Below, in pieces: positions 1 to 12,600 of a stretch of DNA of 64,000 nt. The position numbers and the translations under genes are program-made. The DNA comes from Amoebophrya sp. A120 (Eukaryota > Protista > Dinoflagellata). Within the stretch, counting starts at the first letter, position 1. Each line of letters begins with the position of its first letter. The notes below the pieces were generated by a model that was not told where the DNA came from, did not search any database, and saw nothing but the letters and a program-made list of their open reading frames with translations. Location of the stretch: assembly GCA_905178155.1 (NCBI GenBank), contig CAJINV010000002.1, positions 1,215,809-1,279,808 on the forward strand, read 5' to 3'.

Positions 1-1238
1 TCTGTTTGAATCTTTGTCATGCGGAACACGGAATAAAAGTAAAACATAATAAACGATTCTTACGTACGTATTCAGTACCTTCTCCTGCATCAGATCGTGG
101 ATTTCATTAATCCGCATCTCCACTGCCTTTTCCCGCTGCAGAATCGAGTCCTTTTATCAAATGTAAAACTGTCTGGGTCTGAAAGAGTCATGCTGTTTTT
201 GCATGACACAGAAGGTTTTGCATGGAAGCTCTAGCGTCACAGGTTTCGAGAAGCTTCCGCAATGCCGAGCCCGCATGAGAAATCCCCCATGTTGGTGACA
301 GCAAGTGGGCAGCTTTTGCTACCTATGCATGAGAGATTTTTCTGTGTCGTAAAATGCGCATCACAAGTTCGGATCCTTCCAGACCCAGACGCTTTTGCAT
401 TTGATACCTTTGTCGCCCCGACAATGTCCTCGGACACGAAAACTTGTTCCAGGTCTGAGAAAACCTTCCGTACGTAACTCCGGATTTCGTTCAACACAGG
501 ACTGCTACTCGCTGGGATTTTTGATTTGGCAAACAATTCTTCGGCGTGGTCGTCTCTTTCCTGAACTTCATTGTCCAATTCCTCATACCAATGCTTCAGC
601 TTCTCCGTCACTTCATACAGCTGCTCGATTTCTCTTTCGTGCTTCACTTGCAAGTCCAGCCGTTTTTTGTTCTCCTGCTTCTCGATTTGGTCGACAAAAT
701 TCTCCGTTTTCTGTAGCAGCTTTGTGCAGGTTTGCAGGATGTTCGTGTGGTCCGTGGTGATCGGGATCTTTGCGCCACTGTTGAAAGGCTGTTGTCCGGA
801 CGTTGCGCCGGCCTGCTTCCCGCCTTTGATATTACTGCTTCCTCCAAAGGCACGCGAAGAGGAGGATGTGCCAGCTTGTCCACCGGTGCTGTTTCTGGTG
901 CTGGTCCGCGTTTTCCTTTCCATCTCCAGCAACTGATCTTCTTCCTGTTTCCTCTTTTCCAAAATCGTCCTGCAGCGGTTCAAGTCCGACCGGAGCTGCT
1001 CGAAGGCAGTTTTCTCCTCCTGTTGGCCGGGATTGAGCAAATCGTGCAGCATGTTCTCTCTCTGCGTTGGCTTGATCCGGGCAGTAGTACCGTCGAACGC
1101 TTTTTCTTTCTGCTGGAGTAGCCTTTCCTGGTCCTCGATTTTCTGCCTTTTTTGGATTCGGTTGAGAAGACGGCTCTTGGCCTCGGCGTGGAGGGGGTTG
1201 GGAGGGGGAGGAGCTCCCGGGGCTGGTGACGAGGACAT
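1..1238 (-). CDS. Coiled-coil protein of unknown function; spliced, 3' end runs off the window
   Basis: ORF from ATG at 1238 (MSSSPAPG). Removing element 155-406 plus one CCTTT gives in-frame ATK-DSILQREKAVEMRINEIHDLMQEK. Probable GT donor near 78. Confidence 0.75.
155..406. mobile_element. Introner, family A (TIR tatcaaatgYaaaWatgtctgggtctggaa)
   Basis: TIRs at both ends; 5-bp direct repeat (DR) ccttt; can be read as GT-AG on the minus strand. Confidence 0.9.
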
Positions 1239-3615
1239 GGTGGGCGAGGATAGAAGTGTAGAGACGAGATGGAGGTGTTTCTAGATCTGGTCTCAAAAGG
1301 TTTATTTTTTCATACTTACAGCATAATGTTTAGGCTTTCCACTGAACATCGATGACGATGTAAAAAAACGCAGCAGACTGATAGTAGACACAACTGCTAA
1401 GGCGAAAGAGGTTCTTGACGACGCGGTTGTCCTCTCGTACAATTTCATTCTACCGAAGTAGTAGTTGCTGGCTCGTTCTTACGCTCCCCTCATCATGCCT
1501 CCACGATTTTGATTTTCTTCAAAACGACAGGCCGCATTCGACGTCAACGACGCGCCTCATCTCAGCACTCTGAATCACAACATGTCTCTCGTTTCGGAAG
1601 ATTGTTACGACAAGCTGCTGCTGAAGAAGAAGAAGAAGACCCACATGATCTATCATACCTGGTACTACTAGCGAGTCAAGAAGCAAAACGATGCTGAGGC
1701 GAAGTCGAACATCTTCAAACACAGTTTTCCAACTTTTTCCAGTTACGAAGCGGCCCAAGGTTTCCGGACAGGTCGCGGGCCTGCTTCTCCAACGCAGCTG
1801 GCCACCGGGCGGAGCAAAAAATAGTGCGTCTCTTTTTCAGATATCAAGTGGGCCAAACCGCAAAAATGCTCTTTTTTCACCTTCTCCCGCTTGGTTTCTG
1901 CCATTTTTGCGACATTTTTGACCTCCTGGCCATTTTCCCATCTGGTCCGCTTTTTTTTCCTTCTCCCGCTTCATTTCTGGCCATTTCCCTGACCTTCACG
2001 CCTCCCGGCGGTTGCCCTATATGGTAACTGCAACTGCCTTCGCGCTGCGTTTGCTAAGCAATATCGCAAGCGCGCAGAGCGCGCGCGCCGGCTTCGCGCG
2101 CGCGCACGCATTTGGTTACCAGATAAAGCCATTCCCATTTTCATCTCTTTCAGTTTGTGCGCTAGTACAACTTGAGATAGTGGATGTAACATGATATTGA
2201 TGGGCCGTACAAGTCAATCAAAGGAGTACAACTTCACAGAGTGAATGCAACATATTGATGGGCCGTGATTAAAGGGAAAGAATCTCATCTTGCTATAAGT
2301 TCCGCAAACGAAAACGACAGACCATGACTTGGTGCTGCAAGAAATCGGCGAACATGTTGAGTGCAGCTGCCGGTACGCACAAGGTAGTAGTTCTTGCGAG
2401 AAGTCTTGCATTCTTTTGTAGTTCTTCTTCTTGCCGAGCTGATCGTGGCTCTTCTTCAACAAAATTCAAATTGCGTATGGTACAGCGTGTTCAGATCCGT
2501 GCTTTGTACATCGACGATATGATCTTCGCACCTGCTCGTTCATTTATTCTTCCTGGATACAGTATTCTATGGAAGTTTTTGTTTTTCTCTTTCAACAAGT
2601 CGTGGTGCTTGTGGTTGTGCTATGATCAACAATAAACAATAAAGCAGCAAGATGCAGAAGGCCACAACATCAACATTGCTCAGCTGTTTCTGCTATTGCG
2701 TCCTCCGCAGCTCGCGCTAGAGAGCGAATAAATTTCTACCTGTCAAACCAGTTTAACTATTTCGAAGACGCTTTGCTAAAGTAGATTCAAGACCTCCGTC
2801 AAGGTGAGATACAATGACAATAAGTAAGTAACAGTGGATGATAACAACTTTTAGAGACTTTATTCACAAGAACTTTCGGCGCAGAGCACTAGACACGACA
2901 AGCGCGCACAGCACTCCGTCCGGTGCTCGTCGAGTAACGAAAACGATTATAACGATCCTGAAAGCACAAGAACGATCTTCTTAAAACTTGTTGTACAAAT
3001 TCAAATTCAAATTATGCGACGAAAAGTATAGTGAAACTGTAACTGTAGCAGTAGCTGCGCGAAGGCACGAATTGATTAGGTAGGTACATTCTGCTGGTTC
3101 TGCTTTGATTTGGTTACGATATCTTTACCTTCATGGAAACCGCCTTGATATACGAAAAAATGATCTGCAAGATGTAAAATAGCGACGATAACAAATATTA
3201 AAACGACCGCTGTACAAAAATCAAGTCGGTCTCGATAATTTTGATTTTTACCGACTTGTGCAACAGCGTCTTTTTCTTTGGTAAAATTCATGGAATAAGA
3301 ATACCAGTGAGGTTGGTGTATAAGCAAACTACTTTTTGGAAAAATGTATGAGAGAAAATCTGCGTCGATAGAATAGGTCTCGAGGAGGTACTAGCTGATG
3401 ATAATTTACATTTGCTCAAGTGTGTTTCTTCAAAGAGTTACTGTTTGACGTCTGTCTCCTCTTGAAAAACTTAACTCTTGTGTGCTCCTCCGTGAAACTT
3501 CTACAGGAAGTACTAGGGGACCCACTACAACGGTCTGCTCAAGCTGACAGCACGGAGTTGCTGTTATCCATCGTGTTCATGATCTTCAACATCCCAAGAG
3601 CTTTAAGTGATGAGG

Positions 3616-6600
3616 TCAAATCCGGTCCGTGACCCGGACGGCTTTCTTGCTCCTGACCGGCGAAGAGTGGCGGGGCTCCAACTCGGGTCCCCCAGCAGGA
3701 TGAACCGTTGATGCGGTAGTGCTGTTTCTCATGCTGCTATTCTTATTTGCACTGTTCCTGCTGTTTGGTACTACAGCTTCTCCGTTTTGTACTTTGTTCT
3801 TCCCTGTCGTTCCGCTGTTTTGCTTATTCGGAGAGGCCGCACTCGAGGCTTTATTGGAGTGAGCACTGTTTCTAATTGTACTAGTACCTGAAGACTTGTT
3901 GGGATGATCCGTTCTGCTTTTACCGTCTTTGGCCGTTGTTGACACTCCCTGCTGGTGCTCTCCACTAGCGGTTTTTTTGTTCACCCTGCCACATACATCT
4001 GCGACTCCCGATGTAACTACCAACTGTGGTGCTTTCAGCTGAGACGAATAATTTGTCCCGTTCGCCCCGGCAGTTTTTCCGGCATGATGCTGCTGGGGAA
4101 CGAAGTTGTCGAAAAGATCTTGTTATGAACTGCAAAAGTATCGTACTCGTATCAATTTCAATGCATTACAAAATTCCTCAGCATGAGAAAGAAAATTTGC
4201 AATGCGGATTTACCTTGAGAAAAAAATTTGTAAATGCACGATTGCCATACGAGTACGATACTTTTGCACAGGATACTTGTTCCCTGCTGTCGTCTTCACT
4301 TTCCGAGAAAGCCACGCGGGCCGCCGGGTCAAAGGCTATCCTGTGCAAAAGTATCGCAATCGTACTCGTATTGCTATCATGCATTACAAATCTTTTTCCC
4401 TAAGGCCAATCAGCATTACAAATTTTATTTCTCACGCTGAGGAAATTTGTAATGCATCTATACGAGTACGATACTTTTGCACTGCATAAAGGCTTTTCGC
4501 CGCCGATTTTTCGACATGGCCCTGTCGATTCTCCTCCCGATCGCTCTTTTTTCCCTTTGCTTCTGCAGATACGAGGGCGACCGCGACAAATTCGGGGAAG
4601 GTGACCGAGAGGGGACCGATCTACTTCCGTTTTGACCGTAGTTCATCGTCCTGGCCCCCGCTGCTCTTCGATGGTAGTTGTACCCCGAAGCATGTTCTGT
4701 CGCTCCAGAAGTTCTGCTTCTTGGTCCCGCCGAGTGTTGCGGTTGTGAAGATGAAAACGGTCGTGTTCTGTTTTTGTTTTTTCCGAGTTCGTCCCGTAAG
4801 GATATACCAATGGTCCGCTCCTATCAAATGCAAAGATGTCAGGAGGGTCTGGAAGAGTGCAAGATTTGTCATGCATCTCGCGGACCAGGCGCACGGTCTG
4901 GAATGCACGCAAAAGCAAGACAAAGTTCGCCAGACCTTCCTCAAGCCTATTCCGCATGACAAGTCCGCTATTTGCATTTGCCTAGCGAGAATCGCGCATC
5001 TTTTGGCGTTCATGCAACACAGGTTTTTTTCTGATCGAGACTTCGCATGACAAGCTGCATTCCTCCCGAACCAGATGACATATTCGCAATGCATAGTTTC
5101 GGCGGCGGCGGCGGTGGTTCGATCATCGATGCCGAGAGGGATGTTGAGCTGGAGGATAAACTGCGACTCGTGCCGGAGAGACTCGCTTTCGATCTCCCGA
5201 ACGCATCTTCTGGGTAAAACATCATGGAAGAACTCAGCTCGTCCTTGTGAATGTCGCTATTCGAATGGAAAGTCGTTCCGCCCTTCTGCTCCTTCTCCTC
5301 CCGCTTCAGGAACTTGTCCTCCTCCGCCTCAAATCTGGACAGCCGGTGCATCGACCTCCCCTTGCCCGTGCCCGGCGACCCCGGCTCGTGCGACGGGCTG
5401 GACTTCTTCTGCCGCCTCGCCGATTTCCCCGTTGCGGTTAACGATTTCGTATGCATTGCAAAAGTATCGCACTGGCACTCGTATAAATGCATTACAAATT
5501 TCCTCAGCATGAGAGATAAAAATTGTAATGCGGATTTGCCTTAAAAAAAGGATTTGTAATGCATGATTGCAATACGAGTGCGATACTTTTGCTTAGGATA
5601 TTTCGGCGCCCGCGGCGGAAAATTGTCTTCGTCGATAAATTCGCCTTTCAGTTCCCGCAGTTCCTTTGCCCGTTCCTCCTTCATGAGTTTGATCAGTTGG
5701 TGTTCCCGTTTCTTCAAACTCCTTTCCTTTTTCGCCTCTTCCTTCTCGATCTCCTTTTCCTTCTATGAAAGTGCACAGCCCCCCCTCTCCCTCATTTGTC
5801 TTGCAGGAACAGCAATACAAGCGTCAGCAAGAATACAGGTTTTGCATGACAAATTTCGACTACAGGAGCGTAGTGCTATTTGGGTAGTTGCCACAACTTG
5901 TCATGCATAATTGTGACAGGAGGCAATGCGTACAGTAGGTATTTTGCATGAGAAATGAGAACGAGGGGGAGTTGTGCACTGTCATACCTTCTTCGGATCG
6001 TACCTGATTTTCCCGTTCGACGCGATTTGCAGCGCGATACCAAGTATCCACTGCAAAAATGTCTGGGTCTGGAAAGTTGTGATGCAAGGAAGGGAATACG
6101 AATAGTGGGCACACTGTAATGCGCTGCCCAGCATGACAAGTTTTTCCGTGGTTCACAATGAGAGTTGCGTACTCCGCATGAGAAACTGTGTTTTTGCATG
6201 ACAGGTAAGAGGAGCTCTTTGCGGGCAAGCAATACAGAGTTGAGAGTCATGCCAGACTAGCATGACAAATTTTCCAGACCCAGACATATTTGCATTTGAT
6301 ACCGAGTTTGTTCGATGACAGCTTCTCTCGCTCGTCCGCTTCCAGAAAATGCAGCAACGGGCTGCCTATCCATTCCAAATGTGTCTGGGTCTGGAAGAAA
6401 ATGCAAGTTTGCCATGCCTGTCTCGCATGACTCTTGAACCTGCAATGCGTGAGCAGCATCAGATTCAGAGCCTCTACTTGCCCGTCATGCAAAAATGTAG
6501 TTTGTCATGCGGAAAGGGAAAGAACACAAAGGAGCTGAGAAACTTGTCATGCGTGGCTGCCGATTTTTACAGTGTCCCCCCCATTCATAAAATAGCATCA

Positions 6601-9600
6601 CAAGTTTCCAGACCCAGACATATTTGCAATGCATACTGCCGCTCGCTTCGATACTGCTGTACAAAACCAAATCCCCGCTCGTTCGGCCCGCACGAACGGA
6701 ATGGAGCCCGGACAAGTGGTTGTGTTGCTGCGTCGCGGGAACTTCGTCGTTCCACTCCTTCAGTTTGCTGGTGTCATGCACGTCGTTTCCCATCATCATT
6801 GTCGGGTGGGACATCGTCAACTGCGGATCGGCGTGGGCGAGCATTCCGTGCGCGTCGTCTTCGTCCGTGGGCGACCACGGCTTCATCAATTTTTCCGCTG
6901 GATATCAAAAGGAAAAATCCCCCCTCCCCATATCGAAAACGAAATTTGTGATACTGTATTTAACTACACAAATCGACTTGTCATGCTAGAAGGCCAAGAG
7001 CCGCAGTTTTGGCCTCGTCTGCAGGCACTTTGTCATGCTGTTTCCCACTTTCAGCTGCCTCCTGTTATGCTGAAGACGCAAAGGCTTATTCCCACGCCAA
7101 CCAGCACTACAGTCCGCATCTTTTCCCTTCTAGCATGACAAAGCTGATTTGTGACCACAAATCTGCATCACAGATTTCCGTTTTGATATGGGGAGGGGGG
7201 ATTTTTCCTCACAATACTGGACTTGGGGTGATCATGGGGTCGAACAGAATTCTCTCCCCCGCGTTTTCCCGCCGGTTGCTGTAGTGAAAAATGTCTTTCG
7301 CCACGTGGTCCCGCGGGGTCAAGCCCCGCCACGCCGGGATAGTATCGTGCTCAAACGTGCCCTTCTGCATGATCCGGTGGTCATGGGCTTTATGCATTGC
7401 AAAAGTATCATACTAAGATAAATCGCATGACAAATTTTATCAGGAAGAAAAGTGGAATTTGTAATGCAGATTTGGGTAGGAAACCAGATTTGTCATGCAT
7501 ACCTGCAATTCACACGAGTACGATACTTTTGCACAGGATAGGCTTGTCTTCGGTGCAACAGCCGCGTCGGGCTCATGTCGGCCTCCTGTTTCTTGTTCTT
7601 CCCCGGGTATGGACGCGTCAGGTTTGAAATCAGCAAAGTGGAAATGATTTGTCATGCATGAAATGCATGACGCGACTTCCGTGTGTTGCAGAGCAGGCAA
7701 GTGAGGCCGATTGTAAGCCTGTTTGGGGGTAGAGCTTGAGCTGCTGAAGTAGCATGAGAAAATCGGTCCTCTTTGCCTAAACAGCATGACAAACTGGATT
7801 GCGGTAACGCCGGAATTTGTCATGCGCCAATTGGAAACTGTGGGTCCAACTGGTATAGATTTTATGCATCACAAATTAATTTCAACTTTGTTAATTTCAA
7901 TCCTGACACTCCCATACCGGGCCGGAGTAGGTTAGGGTGCCGGGTTTGCTGTCTCCGGCATAGTCCAACCGGCCGGGGTCCGAGACGAAAGGGGCGGTTT
8001 ATTGTGAGGAAAAACGTCCCCACACCAGAATCAAGGTGGGAAATCTGCTAGACAAATCTGTCAGCTTTTGCTGTTGCGCATGACAAGTTTGGCATTTCGT
8101 AGTGCAATCCTGTTTAGCTTGTTCAGCAGCATCACAGATCTAGCACATCATGCTGATTCTAGCATCACAAATCCGAAACCACGACTAGGAACTCCTTCTC
8201 ATGGGTCTCCGCATGGGAAACATTTTCACCAGCATGCAGATTTGCATTACAACTCTGGGGTGGGAAGGTTTTTACAAATGATACGGTTTGAAACCGGTTC
8301 ACGCGATCCTGGTCCTCTTCGGGGCCAAGCTGGTACGCGGGTTTGTTGCCCTGAGGATGGTGGAACATGACATGAGGTTTTGCTCCTTTTGTATCATGTG
8401 ACAGTGACGCCCACGTCGTTTGGATTTTGCAGTTCTTAAACTTGTCATGCACGGTCACGCAAAACAAATCAAGCCTGTCATGCACGGTCACACATCAAAT
8501 ACTGTACCTGTCCCGTTCCCACCGAGCTCGACAACCCGCCGGGAAGAGTATCAACCGTTAAAATGTCTGGGTCTAGAAGATTCTGAGACTTGTCATGCAC
8601 GTGTTGCATGAGCCATGATGTCTGTGATGCAAGCCCTAGCATCACAGATATTTTGAGGGCTTCTTGATCCTTATTCGGCATGACAAATGCCCTCCCCGCG
8701 TAGCAAAAAATGCGTTCCCCTTGCTTCTCATGCAATACAGATTTTTTTGGAATCCAAATGCAGCATCACAAGCTGCATTCTTCCAGACCCAGACACTTTT
8801 GCATTTGATAAAGAGTGTGTGGGTGCAAGATCAACAGCTGCGATTCGATCATTCTCGTGAACATTAACGCGTTTTGCAAAATCAATTGCAACTCCAATTT
8901 CATGGACAACGGCATGAACTTGATGAAGCTGATCGCGTTATCCTGAGGAAACACGTCCACGCCCCAGAGTTGCCATGCAAATGTGCAATGACAGGAGCAT
9001 TTGTAATGCGCGTCTCCATGAGTAAAGGCATTTTCAGTCGCGTTTTGGCATTTGTCATGCATACCCGACTGCACCACATCGAAAACCTTTGCACCGTCGC
9101 CGCAAGCAGCTACGGCCGCAGGAGATTGGCATTTGTCATGCTGTAAACAGGATGAGAAAGCACCTTTGTCATGCAGCTTCCCTTGTTAATCACCACTACA
9201 CTGCAGATGGAAACTTGTCATGCACAACTCCCAGCAATTGAGGATTTGTGTTGCAGATTTACCAACGAACTTGACTATGGGGTGGGGACATTTTTGCTCG
9301 GGATACGCGTCCGCCTGCGGAATCAAGTGCCGCTCCCGCATGTCTTGTAAGTTCGACCGCATCATGGAAAAGTACTGGTAGTTCGCATCGTGTTCCGTCA
9401 TCGCTTTCGCCACCTGCTTTCTCGCCATGATCAAGTTACTCGTCCGGAGATTCATGCTGGCCGCGCACGCGAACTCGACCTTCTGCATCAACTCCTCTAA
9501 CTCTTCGACCCCGGGTACTATCGGCACGTGTTTGAATTCCTTCAAACCATGATACAGTCGGTAGTTCATGTGGTCAAACTGCTTCCCCGTTGTCCCCTCC

Positions 9601-12600
9601 ACCTGCTTGTCGAAGAGGAACAGCAAGTGCTTCCACACCCGGACTAAGTCCACCCCGCAGACCGTCGGGGGAAGTAACCCCATGATCTTCACCGCGCCCT
9701 TGTTGCCGCCGTGCAGCTTGTCAAAATATCAAAGTGAAAGAAGCCCACACCGCATACAAAACAGAAACTTTCTGTTGCTGGATTTCTGTACACAGATCAG
9801 AACTGTAATGCACGAAGCGCTTGGAGGCATTTTCTAAGCCTGGTTTGGATTGCAAAAGGCTAGCGGTTAGGCATGGCAGACCGCTTTGCAGGAGGCAAAA
9901 GCGCATGACAGATTGGCCGTGGAATGCTCCCAATGGCTCCAACTTGCCCACTAGGCAAGACAGCCCCGATTTGTGATCACAAATCAGCATCACAAATTTC
10001 CATTGCAAGTATGGGGAGGGGGGACTTCTCCTTGCAATACAAAATCGGCCGTGTTCCGGCTGTAGACCGGCGTTTCGAGCAGCATGCTCATGACTTCCGA
10101 TTCCGTGACGAAATCTGGGTTCGGGGATTTCCCTCCTTTGGTAGTTTGGTTCGCCAGAGAGACCACCTTCAGTAGGTGTTGTTCGAAATGCTTCTGGATC
10201 ACCTCCCGCCCGATAACGATCAACACGGAGAGAATCATGTTTGCGGAGAAAATGTCGTAGTTGAAGGGCTCGATGTTTAAGACCGCGCCGTACCGAAGTC
10301 TGACCTCTTTCACCACATCCTCTAACAGCTCCGCGTCCAAGAGTAAAGCGGTCACTTCATCCGAAACGATGTCCAAGACGCCCCTGATCTATGAAAGTGT
10401 CAGAATCGAAATATAACAAAATTAAAAAATTTGTGATGCACAGAATCGATGTCAGTTGGAGCCTCAGTTTCCAAGTGGCGCATGACAAATTTCGGGAGTA
10501 CCCCAATCAAGTCTGTCATGCTGTTTGGGAACAGAAGACTCCTCCTGTAATGCTACTCTGGCAGCACATTGTATACCCCTAAACAGGCTTACGATCGGTC
10601 TCATTTGCCTGCTCCCCAATACAGGCCATCAGTGCCCTACATTTTATGCATCACAAATTCTTCGATTTTGTCGATTTTGATCCTGACACATCCATACGAT
10701 CGTCCCCCGTAATATCGCCGAATGGTTGTTCGCATACGCGTTTTTCAAAGCTGAGGATAAAGACAGGTGAAAAGCACTGGCCAGTCTGACAATCGCGTCC
10801 GGCCGGTACTTGAACTCGCTCGGGTCCTGGTTCAAATACAATTTCTCCTATGCATTGCAATTATTTCTGGGTCTGGAACGTTGCAACTTGTGATGCGCAT
10901 TTCAGATCAGACAACAATTTGTCTTGCATAAACAGCAAAAGTTGTTTACTTTTGGCCATGGTGAGAGCGGATTTGTATTGCAGAATAGGCATCATGGAGC
11001 TCCCGAAGAACCTGTGATGCTGGTCCCTGCATGCCAGACACTCTGGGTCATGCAAAACCTGCATTACAAACATGATCTGCATTTATCCAGACCCAGACAT
11101 ATTTGCAGTTCATATCTCCCTGCCGTAGTCAATCTGTTTCTCGGCCATGTCTTTCGGCGCACCCTTCCGAAGTATGGAATGCAAAAGCATCGCACTCGTA
11201 TATTAAATGCATTACAAATTTCCTCAGCATGAGAAATAAAATTTGTAATGCGGATTTACCTAAAGAGCAAGATTTGTAAATGCATGTTTGCAATTACTAC
11301 GAGTACGATACTTTTGCACAGGATACGAAGATATTCCACCCAATTCTTCTCCGGCTTTTTCTTCCGGTCTTTTTCGGGTAAAATCCCGGGCTGCCCCTCC
11401 TTTTTCGCGAAGGCGTACACTTGGAGGTTGAAGAGTTTCACCGAGTCTTGATTTTCTTCCTCAGTGAAGATATCGTCGAAGTTCCGGTATGCAGTGCAAA
11501 AGCATTGTGCTCGTACTTCTAATCGTAATCGCATTTACGCATTACAATTTTTTTATTTTTTGTCAAGTTAAATCAGCAGTGCAATTTTTTACTTTTGCAG
11601 TGCATATCCGGTGGATCGCGTAGATCACGGCCTGTTCGTCTTCGAAGAGCATCTCGGAAAACTGCTTGTATATCGCAAGAAAAAACTGTTTCACTGTGAA
11701 CTTGTCATGCAGAAAACGAAACACCAAAGTGTTTGTCTTGCTACACCTGCAACCCAATGGATTTTTAAGCGTGTTTTCCCTTGGGAAACGCGCATGGCAA
11801 ATTTTTTGTGTCATGTGTAGCAAACTTGTGATGTGGATCTTGCAAAACCATCACAGTGAAACAGTTTTTTCGTGGGATATTGTAGTACTTGATCCCAGTC
11901 CGCTCCGCTTCGTTACAGAGCTGCTTCAACAATGGCATGTGATCGGAGGATTTCACGAACTTGCTGTAGGGGAAGAGAAACCGTAAATTTCCGACAAACG
12001 GCTGCAACAAGCTGGACTTCAGCACCGACTTCCTCACGTTGAGCATCATTTCGTGGATGGAAGATAGTTATGCAATGCAAAAGTATCGCACTCGTATAAA
12101 ATGCATTACAAATTCCCTCAGCATGAAAGATAAAATTTGTAATGCTGATTTACCTTCGGAAAAAAATTTGTAATGCATGACTGCAATTACTACGAGTACG
12201 ATACTTTTGCACAGGATAATAGTGGAATCCTCGACCGGTTTTGGATCTTCCGCAGCAGCTTATCCATTGCAAATATGTCTGGGTCTGGAAACTTGTGATG
12301 CAAGTCCGTGAACAGTAAGTGCTCATCTGTAATGCACCGCCAAGCATGACAGGTCTTTTCGTGATTCTGTGCTGCGTATTTCGCATGAGAAACTGCGCGT
12401 TTGCATGGCAGGCACGCGCACGTCTTGGTGGCAACGCAATACAGAGTGCATAGTCATGTTAGACTAGCATGACAAATCTTGCAATCATCCAGACCCAGAC
12501 GTATGTGCATTTGATACAGCTGTCCGTGTTCGTATTCTCTTTGTGTTCGGTACGTTTTGTCGCCCATTCCGTACATGTCCTTTTTCCCCCCTTTCGTGGC

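Noticed and set aside
1895-1990. gccatttt repeats as dinoflagellate spliced-leader relics
   Set aside because: Only 7-8 nt match, the ggctcaag end is missing, and they are on the strand opposite the genes.
2214-3327. Small minus-strand ORFs (82-83 aa)
   Set aside because: Short, non-ATG starts and no recognisable motif; cannot be supported.
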